DNA of 63,986 nucleotides, filler included, from Vicugna vicugna (taxonomy: Eukaryota): assembly GCA_013265495.1 (NCBI GenBank). It is 73 parts of 72 records of this genome, joined end to end, with 100 filler letters (N's around TTAATTAATTAA, not from the genome) between each part and the next. Parts side by side here need not be neighbours in the genome. Positions count along the whole stretch, not along the records: positions 24,141 to 25,101 come from MU059930.1; positions 25,202 to 26,285 come from MU059931.1; positions 26,386 to 27,546 come from MU059932.1; positions 27,647 to 28,173 come from MU059934.1; positions 28,274 to 29,027 come from PNXW01011923.1; positions 29,128 to 29,673 come from MU059935.1; positions 29,774 to 30,194 come from MU059936.1; positions 30,295 to 31,059 come from MU059937.1; 65 more parts are not named here. One strand, written 5' to 3'. Position 1 is the first letter of the stretch. Each line of letters starts with the position of its first letter. The translations under genes and the position numbers were made by a program. The notes beneath the pieces were generated by a model. It saw nothing but the letters and a program-made list of their open reading frames with translations, searched no databases and was not told where the DNA came from. Positions 24,141 through 37,462 of the stretch are shown here, piece by piece.

Positions 24141-25101
24141 TTCTGTGTTCTACATTATATATTCATATTCTATATTCAGTATTCGTTGTTCTATACTTTA
24201 AATTCTGTGTAATGCATTCCATGTTCTAAATTTTGTGTTCTATATTCTGTATTCTATATTCTACATTCTGTGTTCTACATTCTATATTCTAAATTCGAAA
24301 TTCAGTATTCTGTATCCTATATTCTAAATTCTGTGTTCTGCATTCCATGTTCTAAATTCCGTGTTCTATATTCTACTTTCCATATTCTAAATTCTGTGTT
24401 CTGCATTCCATGTTCTAAATTCCGTGTTCTATATTCTACTTTCCATATTCTAAATTCTGTGTTCTAAATTGTACATTTTGTGTAGAATATTCTGCATTCC
24501 GTATTCTACATTACATATTCTGTGTTCTAAATTCTATATTCTAAATTCTATATTCAGTATTCCGTATTCTATATTCTATACTCTGGGTTAAACATTCTAT
24601 ATTGTAAATTTTATATTAAGTATTTTGTATTCTATAATTTAATTCTGTNNNNNNNNNNNNNNNNNNNNNNNNNNNNNNNNNNNNNNNNNNNNNNNNNNNN
24701 NNNNNNNNNNNNNNNNNNNNNNNNNNNNNNNNNNNNNNNNNNNNNNNNNNNNNNNNNNNNNNNNNNNNNNNNNNNNNNNNNNNNNNNNNNNNNNNNNNNN
24801 NNNNNNNNNNNNNNNNNNNNNNNNNNNNNNNNNNNNNNNNNNNNNNNNNNNNNNNNNNNNNNNNNNNNNNNNNNNNNNNNNNNNNNNNNNNNNNNNNNNN
24901 NNNNNNNNNNNNNNNNNNNNNNNNNNNNNNNNNNNNNNNNNNNNNNNNNNNNNNNNNNNNNNNNNNNNNNNNNNNNNNNNNNNNNNNNNNNNNNNNNNNN
25001 NNNNNNNNNNNNNNNNNNNNNNNNNNNNNNNNTTTTAAATTCTGTGTTCTGCATTTAATGTTCTAAATTCTGGGTTCTATATTCTCTATTCTATATTTTG
25101 T
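24141..25101. repeat. SatC satellite, (TATTCTA)n strand
   Basis: Heptamer units; 63-bp duplication (CATTCCATG at 24341, 24404). Confidence 0.93.
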
Positions 25102-25201
25102 NNNNNNNNNNNNNNNNNNNNNNNNNNNNNNNNNNNNNNNNNNNNTTAATTAATTAANNNNNNNNNNNNNNNNNNNNNNNNNNNNNNNNNNNNNNNNNNN
25201 N

Positions 25202-26285
25202 TCACCCTCCGAAGAAGGCGTATATACACTTAGAAATATTTACTCTTACTTCATAGGTTTTTCCTGCCACCAGGTTTTAAATCGGACATTTGGCACCAGA
25301 AAACACTCTTTGAGCGAATTCTCACCAATACACATGTAATTTACATTGTTTACATAACCATGGCATTCCGTATTACGAACATGTTTCATGCATCACGGAT
25401 TCCTCAAACTNNNNNNNNNNNNNNNNNNNNNNNNNNNNNNNNNNNNNNNNNNNNNNNNNNNNNNNNNNNNNNNNNNNNNNNNNNNNNNNNNNNNNNNNNN
25501 NNNNNNNNNNNNNNNNNNNNNNNNNNNNNNNNNNNNNNNNNNNNNNNNNNNNNNNNNNNNNNNNNNNNNNNNNNNNNNNNNNNNNNNNNNNNNNNNNNNN
25601 NNNNNNNNNNNNNNNNNNNNNNNNNNNNNNNNNNNNNNNNNNNNNNNNNNNNNNNNNNNNNNNNNNNNNNNNNNNNNNNNNNNNNNNNNNNNNNNNNNNN
25701 NNNNNNNNNNNNNNNNNNNNNNNNNNNNNNNNNNNNNNNNNNNNNNNNNNNNNNNNNNNNNNNNNNNNNNNNNNNNNNNNNNNNNNNNNNNNNNNNNNNN
25801 NNNNNNNNNNNNNNNNNNNNNNNNNNNNNNNNNNNNNNNNNNNNNNNNNNNNNNNNNNNNNNNNNNNNNNNNNNNNNNNNNNNNNNNNNNNNNNNNNNNN
25901 NNNNNNNNNNNNNNNNNNNNNNNNNNNNNNNNNNNNNNNNNNNNNNNNNNNNNNNNNNNNNNNNNNNNNNNNNNNNNNNNNNNNNNNNNNNNNNNNNNNN
26001 NNNNNNNNNNNNNNNNNNNNNNNNNNNNNNNNNNNNNNNNNNNNNNNNNNNNNNNNNNNNNNNNNNNNAGAAAACACTCTTTGAGCGAATTCTCACAAAT
26101 ACACATGTAATTTACATTCTTTACATAACCATGGCATTCCGTATTACGAACATGTTTCATGCATCACGGATTCCTCAAACTTGAATTTCTGAGTTGTGTA
26201 CATGCGCATGACAGATGTTTCAACAACCAAACAAGTTACATGTGCACTATGAAATATTTATTTTGACTTCGTAGCTTCTGCCTAT
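25202..26285. repeat. SatE satellite, gapped
   Basis: Near-identical AAAACACTCTTTGAGCGAATT...CATCACGGATTCCTCAAAC on both sides of the gap. Confidence 0.92.
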
Positions 26286-26385
26286 NNNNNNNNNNNNNNN
26301 NNNNNNNNNNNNNNNNNNNNNNNNNNNNNTTAATTAATTAANNNNNNNNNNNNNNNNNNNNNNNNNNNNNNNNNNNNNNNNNNNN

Positions 26386-27546
26386 CCCTAGCATTCCCTG
26401 GCACAGAGACATTAGCAAAATCCTCAGGGGGATGAGCTTAGGCAATCCGATTGAACCCACGCGCTGCCGACCGTTGGTGGAACCTCCCCACGCTCAGGAT
26501 TCCGCAACAATTGTCAGTGCGTGGGGGAGCTCGAGAGACAACTCCACACAGCTCTCTTCAGTCACAGGNNNNNNNNNNNNNNNNNNNNNNNNNNNNNNNN
26601 NNNNNNNNNNNNNNNNNNNNNNNNNNNNNNNNNNNNNNNNNNNNNNNNNNNNNNNNNNNNNNNNNNNNNNNNNNNNNNNNNNNNNNNNNNNNNNNNNNNN
26701 NNNNNNNNNNNNNNNNNNNNNNNNNNNNNNNNNNNNNNNNNNNNNNNNNNNNNNNNNNNNNNNNNNNNNNNNNNNNNNNNNNNNNNNNNNNNNNNNNNNN
26801 NNNNNNNNNNNNNNNNNNNNNNNNNNNNNNNNNNNNNNNNNNNNNNNNNNNNNNNNNNNNNNNNNNNNNNNNNNNNNNNNNNNNNNNNNNNNNNNNNNNN
26901 NNNNNNNNNNNNNNNNNNNNNNNNNNNNNNNNNNNNNNNNNNNNNNNNNNNNNNNNNNNNNNNNNNNNNNNNNNNNNNNNNNNNNNNNNNNNNNNNNNNN
27001 NNNNNNNNNNNNNNNNNNNNNNNNNNNNNNNNNNNNNNNNNNNNNNNNNNNNNNNNNNNNNNNNNNNNNNNNNNNNNNNNNNNNNNNNNNNNNNNNNNNN
27101 NNNNNNNNNNNNNNNNNNNNNNNNNNNNNNNNNNNNNNNNNNNNNNNNNNNNNNNNNNNNNNNNNNNNNNNNNNNNNNNNNNNNNNNNNNNNNNNNNNNN
27201 NNNNNNNNNNNNNNNNNNNNNCGAACTTAGGCATTCCGTTAGAACCCACGCGCTGCCGACCGTTGGTGGAACCTCCCCACGCTCAGGATTCCGGAACCAT
27301 TGTCAGTGCGTGGGGGAGCTCGGGAGACAATTCCACGCAGCTCCCTTCAGTCACAGGTGTTCCATGTTCGGGTAAGTCCGAGAAATAACTTCCCTGACTT
27401 TGGGGAGGCAGCCTCTGACACTGGAAAATCCTGCAATCACCCCTAGCATTCCCTGGCAAAGAAACATTAGCAAAATCCTCAGGGGAGGTGAGCTTAGGCA
27501 ATCCGTTTGAACGCACGCGCTGCCGACCGTTGGTGGAACCTCCCCA
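26386..27546. repeat. SatA satellite, gapped
   Basis: SatA landmarks; local variant CATTAGCAAAATCCTC. Confidence 0.95.
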
Positions 27547-29127
27547 NNNNNNNNNNNNNNNNNNNNNNNNNNNNNNNNNNNNNNNNNNNNTTAATTAATT
27601 AANNNNNNNNNNNNNNNNNNNNNNNNNNNNNNNNNNNNNNNNNNNNTGCTGTGTAAATGCTCTGATGAGTACATCTTTTGAACTGATTTTTCTCTAAACG
27701 AAACGATTCCTAAAAGTTGAGTTGTGTCTGTGTGTACACACGTTTTTCAGAGTTTACATATCCATTGACATGTCATCCTCCAAAAAGATCTCACACAGTT
27801 TTTTCTCCCACAGATGGACACTAGCTAGAATATGTTTGAAAAATGTTTGGCAATATGNNNNNNNNNNNNNNNNNNNNNNNNNNNNNNNNNNNNNNNNNNN
27901 NNNNNNNNNNNNNNNNNNNNNNNNNNNNNNNNNNNNNNNNNNNNNNNNNNNNNNNNNNNNNNNNNNNNNNNNNNNNNNNNNNNNNNNNNNNNNNNNNNNN
28001 NNNNNNNNNNNNNNNNNNNNNNNNNNNNNNNNNNNNNNNNNNNNNNNNNNNNNNNNNNNNNNTTTTCTTGTCTTGCCTTTCATTTTGTTCAGTAGGTTTA
28101 TTTCTGTTGTGGCCCAAAATAATCTTTGGCTAGTAAATGTCTTCTTTTTGGTTTTATCCTTGATAGTATTCTTNNNNNNNNNNNNNNNNNNNNNNNNNNN
28201 NNNNNNNNNNNNNNNNNTTAATTAATTAANNNNNNNNNNNNNNNNNNNNNNNNNNNNNNNNNNNNNNNNNNNNGTGGCTCCAGGAGTAGGCTTTCTGCTG
28301 GGGGACAGGATCCGCAAAGACACCTGTGTCTTTGTGGGTCACTCACCTCTGACAAGCTTGGAGGCAGGGTGCAGTTGTGGGAAATCGTGTTTCCATGAGG
28401 AGAGGGCCACCAAGTGGTGGGGGCACAGGAGACAGTGAGAAAGAGTCCCACAGCCTTTCTGGAATCAAAAACCTAGCAAATGTGGAAAAGTGCATAATTT
28501 GTTTTATTGAACAGGCTGCTTATGTACGTTTGGAGGGCCAGGTTCAAGGACTCTGCATCCCTCCAGGACAATAGCCTCAAGAGTAGAACAGACAGAGTAT
28601 GAGGAGATGTGAGGGGTTTCTCCCAGGAATGAGGCATAACAGGGATTTCTGCAGATTTGCAAGGAGACCCCGACCACTGAGCATGGGGTTACAACCCCAC
28701 GTGACCCTTGTCGTGTTTGGGCTCTGGGTCTGGCCTGATCATGTATTATTCCAGGTGAGTTCCAGAAACTCAGAGCGTAGAGCTAGAGGGGCTGAGCTTG
28801 GAACCCGATGTGGAGACGGAGGGTCCATTATCCTGAGTCCCCTCAGCCAAATCACTGTAGCTGAGTTCCAACACCACCCAGGCCCCCAGGGTGGCCGTGG
28901 AAGGAGAGCAAGCCTGGCAGGTGATCCAGGGGTCCCACTGCTCTTCCCCTCCCTTCTCTTTGTTCCCTTTCTCCCCGGAAGTTGTGATTGTCTCATGTCA
29001 TGGTGACAAGCCATCTCTCTTCTCTGTNNNNNNNNNNNNNNNNNNNNNNNNNNNNNNNNNNNNNNNNNNNNTTAATTAATTAANNNNNNNNNNNNNNNNN
29101 NNNNNNNNNNNNNNNNNNNNNNNNNNN

Positions 29128-29673
29128 ACAGAATTTAGAGTATATAATACAGAATACAGAATATAAAATTTAAATATAGAATGTAGAACACAGCATATGG
29201 AATATAGAATACGGAATGCAGAATATTGAGTACAGAATATAGAATGTAGAACACAGAATTTAGGATATGTAAAACAGAATATAGAACCCAGTATTTAGAA
29301 CATGGAATTCAGAACACAGAATTTAGAATATAGAATACAGACTACTAAATATAGAATTTAGAATGTAGAACACAGAATTTAGAATATAGAATACCGAATA
29401 CTGAATATAGAATNNNNNNNNNNNNNNNNNNNNNNNNNNNCGAATACTGAATATAGAATAAGAATATACAATGTAGAACACAGTATTTAGAATATAGAAT
29501 ACAGAATACTGAATATAGAATTTAGAATATACAATGTAGAAAACAGAAAATAGAATATAGAAAACACAAAGCAGAATATTGAATACAGAATATGGGATAT
29601 AGAACACTGGATATAGAATATGGAAAATAGTATACAAAACCCAGAATTGAGAACATGGAATGCAGTACACAGA
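29128..29673. repeat. SatC satellite
   Basis: (AGAATAT)n with AGAACATGGAAT landmark. Confidence 0.93.
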
Positions 29674-29773
29674 NNNNNNNNNNNNNNNNNNNNNNNNNNN
29701 NNNNNNNNNNNNNNNNNTTAATTAATTAANNNNNNNNNNNNNNNNNNNNNNNNNNNNNNNNNNNNNNNNNNNN

Positions 29774-30194
29774 TATCACCAGTTTCAAGAATCACACTTT
29801 GATCCCACAACAACCCTCATGGAGCGAATTCTTGCCTAGAGATATATAATTTGAATTGTTTACAACTACATAATATTCCGTGTTCCGTACATGCTACATA
29901 CATGACGGATTCGACAAACATGCATTCCTGAGTTGAGGGCANNNNNNNNNNNNNNNNNNNNNNNNNNNNNNNNNNNNNNNNNNNCATCTAGACACGTGTA
30001 CACATTTTCACAAGCTTTCCCTAAAACCGGTTTCGAATCCGTGCTTTTCTCACAGAAAAATTGTTCTGGAGCGATTTCCACGTAATAGTTATGTAATTTA
30101 CATGAATTCCATCAACATGGCATTCCGGGTTCCGTGCATGCTTCATGCTTGACGGATTTGGCAATCATTCGTTTCTGACTTGTGAGCATGTGGA
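29774..30194. repeat. SatE satellite
   Basis: Reverse complement matches 56180-56500. Confidence 0.9.
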
Positions 30195-30294
30195 NNNNNN
30201 NNNNNNNNNNNNNNNNNNNNNNNNNNNNNNNNNNNNNNTTAATTAATTAANNNNNNNNNNNNNNNNNNNNNNNNNNNNNNNNNNNNNNNNNNNN

Positions 30295-31059
30295 TGGAAA
30301 GCCTAGGCGGGAGTGCGGGGGACAGTGTGGTTAGGGCTCATAAACCAAGTATTTGCGATGACCTCTCTAGGTTTGTGGAGGTGTTTAAACTACATCCCTA
30401 ACCTGGGAACACCTGTGCCCCCATAAAGATCCGTGGAGTCTGTTTCCACACCTCCAGCACACACACGAACACTTGCACAGTTATCCTGAGAGTGGGCANN
30501 NNNNNNNNNNNNNNNNNNNNNNNNNNNNNNNNNNNNNNNNNNNNNNNNNNNNNNNNNNNNNNNNNNNNNNNNNNNNNNNNNNNNNNNNNNNNNNNNNNNN
30601 NNNNNNNNNNNNNNNNNNNNNNNNNNNNNNNNNNNNNNNNNNNNNNNNNNNNNNNNNNNNNNNNNNNNNNNNNNNNNNNNNNNNNNNNNNNNNNNNNNNN
30701 NNNNNNNNNNNNNNNNNNNNNNNNNNNNNNNNNNNNNNNNNNNNNNNNNNNNNNNNNNNNNNNNNNNNNNNNNNNNNNNNNNNNNNNNNNNNNNNNNNNN
30801 NNNNNNNNNNNNNNNNNNNNNNNNNNNNNNNNNNNNNNNNNNNNNNNNNNNNNNNNNNNNNNNNNNNNNNNNNNNNNNNNNNNNNNNCGATGGACTGAGG
30901 AAGTATTTAGATGAATTCTCCATAAAGAGAACACCTGAGCACCCATTCATCTGCGTGGAGGGGGGCTTCAAAACTCCCCACCACACAAATTTGGGTTCCA
31001 GTATCCTGAGGGTGGGGTAGTTCCCCCAACTGACAACAGCGTCCTGGATTTAATAGAAT
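30295..31059. repeat. SatD satellite, gapped
   Basis: 30295-30498 matches 23137-23340; 30888-31059 matches 48826-48995. Confidence 0.92.
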
Positions 31060-31159
31060 NNNNNNNNNNNNNNNNNNNNNNNNNNNNNNNNNNNNNNNNN
31101 NNNTTAATTAATTAANNNNNNNNNNNNNNNNNNNNNNNNNNNNNNNNNNNNNNNNNNNN

Positions 31160-31601
31160 ATAAGGGAACTTTCATCCACCAAACAAGGCATATATACACT
31201 TTGATATATTACTGTGACTTCATAGTTTTTTTGTATCACCAGGCTCTAAAATCGGACATTTGGCACTAGAAAACACTCTTTGAGCGAATTCTCACCAATA
31301 CACATGTAATTTACATTGTTTACTTAACCATGGCATTCCGTATTCCGAACATGATTCATGCATCACGGATTCCTCAAACATACATGCATTTCTGAGCTGT
31401 GAACATGTTCATGACAGATGTTTCAACCACCAAAAAAGTTACTTATGCACTTTGAAATATTTATTTAGACTTCGTTGCTTCTTCCTTTCACCAGTTTCAA
31501 GAATCACACTTTAATCCCAGAAAAACCCAGTTGGAGCGAAATCTACCCTAGAGATTTGTAATTTGAATAGATTCCATCTAAATGATATTCAGTGTTCCAT
31601 A
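31160..31601. repeat. SatE satellite
   Basis: Matches 25202-25410 and continues into the monomer seen at 29774. Confidence 0.92.
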
Positions 31602-32698
31602 NNNNNNNNNNNNNNNNNNNNNNNNNNNNNNNNNNNNNNNNNNNNTTAATTAATTAANNNNNNNNNNNNNNNNNNNNNNNNNNNNNNNNNNNNNNNNNNN
31701 NTCTCAGAACTCCTACAATTCTTAACTGTTTTGCAGTGGGAATGCATTACTGACAAAAACTTGATTTTGGATAAAAATATGGTGTTTTCTCATGGTTGCA
31801 TTAGGGGATGTGAAGATAATCCCTGGGGTCCACAAGAAACACCCTCCCTCAAGTGCTTGCAAAGAACTGTAAATGTTCTGCATTATCAGGATTGAGGACT
31901 GCTTTCAAAATAATGACTATGCTCACTGTATTCCAGGTAGTCCAATGAAAGAAAGGTTATTGGTATTTGTAGTTGACAGAAATACATCAGCAGTTCAGAC
32001 TCTATAAATTAGTCAGAAGTAGGTGTTCAAAGCCGAAATAAGTCGTGTCAACAATGAGAATTAAAAGAAAAAAATTTTGGACATAAGCCTAAATTAAAAA
32101 GGAGACACAGTCATGTGCTGGGCTCTGGGGATTGGAGAATGTATATGCCTCAGTCCAATACAAGGTTTTAGTGGCTTGGCCCTAGCATTAGCTCTGGATT
32201 CAATGAAAAGTTAACAGTGAACTGGGAGAAATATAAACTACCTCTCCCTGATCGGAAGAAAATCTGGTGGCTCAATGAAACTCTTAATTCGCAGACCTTC
32301 TGACAGGTGCAGAGGAATAATTCACTGATGACTCAACTAAGACAAACTTAGTTACTGCTTAACAATCCATCTTCACACACACACAGAGTGGTAGACAGAT
32401 TTGTAGTATTAAGTGGGAAGAATTCAGTGGACAGAACTCATAGAATAGTTTTCAAAGCACCAGCCAACTTTTGTACTTTTGCCAATAGTCTAGATTTCTA
32501 AGGTAGAAAACTAAAGATGGACAAACAATATACTTCTTTAGGATTTCTAATTTTGAACGTAAACTGTAGCTTTTGACTAATCAGTGTAGAACCTTGTTNN
32601 NNNNNNNNNNNNNNNNNNNNNNNNNNNNNNNNNNNNNNNNNNTTAATTAATTAANNNNNNNNNNNNNNNNNNNNNNNNNNNNNNNNNNNNNNNNNNNN

Positions 32699-33102
32699 TG
32701 TGGAGAGACGTTCGTTCATCCAGCACAAATGGAAGGGGTTGCAAGAGAAATAGTTACTCTGGTCTCTCAGTCTGTTTCCTAGTGCCGGTTTGAAATTTTT
32801 GCGGTTTGCACTTTAAAATCGATTTGGAGCTTGTACCTCCCCATATATATTTATGGTGTGGAGTTTGTAATTGAAAAGAAACTTTGTGTTCCCTTCAAGC
32901 TAGGTGATGGACGGCTTTCACACACACTTATTTCTCAATGAACATGTGGAGAGACTTTCGTTCATCCAGCACAAAGGGAACGAGTTGCAAGGGAAATACT
33001 TACTCTGGTTTTTCAGTGTGTTTCCTAGTGCCGGGTGGAAGTTCCTGTGGTTTGCAGTGTAAAACCGAGTTGAAGTTAGTTCCTCCCCATATATATGTAA
33101 GG
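32699..33102. repeat. SatB satellite
   Basis: SatB landmarks. Confidence 0.95.
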
Positions 33103-33269
33103 NNNNNNNNNNNNNNNNNNNNNNNNNNNNNNNNNNNNNNNNNNNNTTAATTAATTAANNNNNNNNNNNNNNNNNNNNNNNNNNNNNNNNNNNNNNNNNN
33201 NNAGAGAACTGTTACTTTCAGCAATAACTGTTGTTATTGTATGGCCAATACATACTACTACCAAAAAAT

Positions 33270-33987
33270 ACATGGGTAAAATATTTAAATAGACCATTGG
33301 ATTTTATGTAACAGTGGACAGAAGTTCATTGTTATGATCTCAGATTTTATATTGCAACCAGCTGCTTAGGAACAACCAATTGTCAAACTGCAACTATCTG
33401 TTTAGGAACTACGAATTGTTCTATCTGGGTGTAGTATTAATGAAGAATAGCCATAACGACCTAAAAAGGCTTTTAAAATATTTCTCTTTCAAACTACATA
33501 TATGTGTGAAGGAAGAGTTTCTTAATATATTTCAATTAAAACAACATATTGCAACAACAGATTAAATGTAGAATCATGTAAAAATCAGCTGTCTTCTATC
33601 AAGCAAGACATTAATAAGTTTCAATCACGTATCCATGTCCCTTTTCTCATTTTTTCTTTTCGAAAACAATTTTTTTGATAAAATATGATTTTATGTCAAC
33701 ATGTAATGAGTTTATTATTTTTATATTGTTCTTTTTAGAAATGTCCCTTTTCTCATTTTTTTCTTTTGGAGAATAGTTTTTTTGATAAAATATGATTTTT
33801 ATGTCAACATGTAATGAGTTTATTATTTTTATATTGTTCTTTTTAGAGGAAATAAATGCATATTGTTTTAAATTTCTGTTTTAATTTTGAATAGGGTGGA
33901 TACACAGAAAGTTCTTTTAAGAACTTTCTCTTAAGAATTTTTAAGAGTATAAATAAGTCCTGAGACTAAAAAGTTTGAGAACTGCTG
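33270..33987 (+). mobile_element. hAT-Charlie (Charlie1-like) DNA transposon fossil, 3' end
   Basis: Decayed hAT C-terminal coding remnants (TYMCE, KTTYCN..RLNVE, QLSSIKQDI). Terminal AAAAGTTTGAGAACTGCTG is followed by ATCTAGAC, matching the NTCTAGAN target preference. Confidence 0.85.
33635..33847. repeat. ~106-bp tandem duplication inside the Charlie element
   Basis: ATGTCCCTTTTCTCATTTTT at 33635 and 33741. Confidence 0.9.
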
Positions 33988-34264
33988 ATCTAGACATTCA
34001 GATTCTGGTAATGGCAAAGAAGTTGGTATCAAAATAACCTTCCAGCCGATAACAATGATAACTATAGAACAATTATAAAGTGGTTTGAAGGCACTAATGG
34101 ATAATCAAAATAATCATTACAGGCAGAAACTGTAATGAATAAACCTTTGAAAGAAAGAAACCACNNNNNNNNNNNNNNNNNNNNNNNNNNNNNNNNNNNN
34201 NNNNNNNNTTAATTAATTAANNNNNNNNNNNNNNNNNNNNNNNNNNNNNNNNNNNNNNNNNNNN

Positions 34265-35159
34265 CCCCTGTATGATGCGAGGCCAATATTTCCCCAAATT
34301 CAGCACACACTCGGAGAGGTGTTCTGTTATCCTTAGTGTGTAGGCTCCTCCAACTGACAGCAGTGCCTGGCTTCTAATAGAATTCCTTAGCTGGTTTTCC
34401 TTGATGGCTTTCCTTGGCAGGGGTCCGGGGGAAAGTGGGGGTGGCCTCTAAAACCCAATATTAGCGAGTACTTCTCAATGGGATGTGGAAATGTTTAACA
34501 TACAACCCCCAAAATGGTAATACCTGTGCGCCCTGAAAGATGCGTGGACTCTGTTTCCCCAACTCCAGCACAGTCACGAAGAAGTGTTAAGTTATCCTGA
34601 GTGTGGGGAGGCTCCTCTGACAGCAGCGAGCAGCCCCTCTTATAGAATTCCTTAGTTTGCATTCCCGGAGTGTTACCATAGGCCGGGATGCGTTGGAAAG
34701 CTTGGGGTTGCGCTTAGGGAGTCATGTATATGCGAGTGCCCCCCGATGAACTGAGGAAGTATTTAGAGGAATTCTCCCTAACGGGGAACACCTGTTCCCC
34801 CATTCACCTGCGTGGATTGGGGCTCCACAACTCCCCCACACAGAATTCTTGTTTCCGGAATCCTGAGTGTAAGGAAGATCCTCCAAATGACAGCAGCGCA
34901 TGACCTGTAATAGAATTCCTTATCTTCCCTCATGTTTTAGCTTGGCCAGAGTGCGAAGGGAAGTGGGTTTGGTCTCTAAAACCAAATATTAACGAGTTCC
35001 ACTCCATGGGAATAGGAGGTGTTTTTCCTGCAACCAACAACCTGATAATATCTGTGCGCCCTGAAAGCAGCTTAGGCTCTCTTTCCACTCCTCCAGCACA
35101 CACACGAAGAAGTTTTCTTGCTTTCTGAGTGTGGGTGGCTCCTCCAACTGACAGCAGCA
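34265..35159. repeat. SatD satellite, recombinant HOR variant
   Basis: Left half matches 23660-24030 (reverse complement), right half matches 18660-19270. Confidence 0.92.
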
Positions 35160-36907
35160 NNNNNNNNNNNNNNNNNNNNNNNNNNNNNNNNNNNNNNNNN
35201 NNNTTAATTAATTAANNNNNNNNNNNNNNNNNNNNNNNNNNNNNNNNNNNNNNNNNNNNAGATGGGAGCAAGAGTGGCTGGTGGGGTTTTGTGAACCTAT
35301 GAATACTCATAGAAAAATACCTGCATACATTCAAATGATACAATTAACAGTAGCATTCTTTTTAACAAAATTTCAAATGTCAGTGTTAATTTTACCATTC
35401 CTTTTCTCTTGTCCCCTGCACTCTGAGACAGGCTTAGGCTCTCTCACACTTGCAGCTCTGATGCAATAGTTGTGAAGTTATTTTACTTTACTGCAAGTGT
35501 CTTCGCTCCATGTGTCGCTGTGAGTGTCGTCCCTTAACACAGTCAGATATCTTCCTGGATCTTTCCATGAGTTCCTTGCTCCTGCTTCTCAGATCCTGAG
35601 ATAAAGAACAGGTGAAGGCACATGACTGGAAAAGTCAATGTGGACTTGAGCAAAGTCCTCAGTGACCCCCTAGGTGAGTGTTGACCACCCCTTAGCTTCG
35701 ATTCTCAAAGTTCTGCCCAGGGTGACATCCAGACAGGAGGGAGTCAGGGCCCAATTAAGAGCTGTGTGGCTTGGGTGCGGGGAAAGGTGCAGGAGTTGGT
35801 TCCGTAGTCGGGACCCTCCACACTTCTGCTCCTCTCTCTCCCGNNNNNNNNNNNNNNNNNNNNNNNNNNNNNNNNNNNNNNNNNNNNTTAATTAATTAAN
35901 NNNNNNNNNNNNNNNNNNNNNNNNNNNNNNNNNNNNNNNNNNNTCAACTGAAGCAAGTAAGAGTGAGTGGACAAGCTCAAAAACTAAATAAAAATATCAA
36001 TTATGGTGACAAAGAACACTTCTTTTCAGAATGAGACAATCTCAGCTATACATTTCTCCTCATTTTTCTCTTCTCAAAATCTTATAAATAAAACACAGCA
36101 ATATCACAATTAAGCCAAGTCTTGATAATCAGCTATCACAAACAGCTATGTTACTGGCAGATGGACAAGCAGATGGAACATTTTTCATAGCCTTTTCTAC
36201 TTATGGAGTCCAGCCAAACATCATTTTCCAATGTCTTCCTGAGAAATAAGACTAATTATCGCAGTCATCACTGAAAGCCCACTGAACATCAGGAGGAAGA
36301 ACATCACTATTTGTAGCTCCTTTGCCTAAATATCTTATAATAATATCTAAAATTGACAGCATGAAAGAAGTAAACAGAGGGGGAAAAAGAATAGAAACAC
36401 TGGCAATTTTAACAACCTAAATGCTTATCTCCTTTCACATACAATGAAAAATAAAATATCTGTAAAGTGAAATAACTTCTATCACCCTTACATAAGAAGT
36501 GTGTTCGTTTGAACTGTTAAGTCTAGAAGGAAATGTAAGTTTGGGGATATCACTTTAAAAGCTTTATATACCTCCTTATAATTAGTTGTGAGTGCTACAT
36601 ATTATCCAACATATTATCCCCAGAAAGGCAGTACCGGTAGCTGACGTATCATCATTCAAAGGTTCACAACTATTCTTAAATACTAGTTCAAAGAAATACC
36701 CTTAAAAACCCTCTTCACAATATCGTCTTCTTTGGAAAGAGCCATATGTATTATGTGAGACTTGAAAAGTAGCAATAAAAATCAGTGGGAGAAAAAAGAC
36801 AAAGGTTNNNNNNNNNNNNNNNNNNNNNNNNNNNNNNNNNNNNNNNNNNNNTTAATTAATTAANNNNNNNNNNNNNNNNNNNNNNNNNNNNNNNNNNNNN
36901 NNNNNNN

Positions 36908-37362
36908 AAATATTTCTGGAGCGATTTCCACCTAACAGATATGTAATTTAAAAGTATTCCAACAACATCGCATTCCGGGTTCTGCACATGCTACATGTAT
37001 GACGAATTGGGCAATCATGCGTTTCTGACTTGTGAGCATGTGGATTACAGACCTTTCACCCTCCGAACAAGGCGTATATAGACTTAGAAATATTTACTCT
37101 GACTTCATAGGTTTTTCCTATCACCAGGTTGTAANNNNNNNNNNNNNNNNNNNNNNNNNNNNNNNNNNNNNNNNNNNNNNNNNNNNNNNNNNNNNNNNNN
37201 NNNNNNNNNNNNNNNNNNNNNNNNNNNNNNNNNNNNNNNNNNNNNNNNNNNNNNNNNNNNNNNNNNNNNNNNNNNNNNNNNNNNNNNNCATGACTGATGT
37301 TTCAACCACCAAACAACTTACCTATGCACTCTGAATTGTTTATTTTGACTTCGTAGCTTCTG
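36908..37362. repeat. SatE satellite
   Basis: TCTGACTTGTGAGCATGTGGATTAC; GATGTTTCAACCACCAAACAA. Confidence 0.9.
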
Positions 37363-37462
37363 NNNNNNNNNNNNNNNNNNNNNNNNNNNNNNNNNNNNNN
37401 NNNNNNTTAATTAATTAANNNNNNNNNNNNNNNNNNNNNNNNNNNNNNNNNNNNNNNNNNNN

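Noticed and set aside
28274..29027. Possible ERV LTR/leader on the minus strand, and ORF 28599-29006
   Set aside because: Only a minus-strand AATAAA is evident; no primer-binding site, termini or gag similarity could be confirmed.
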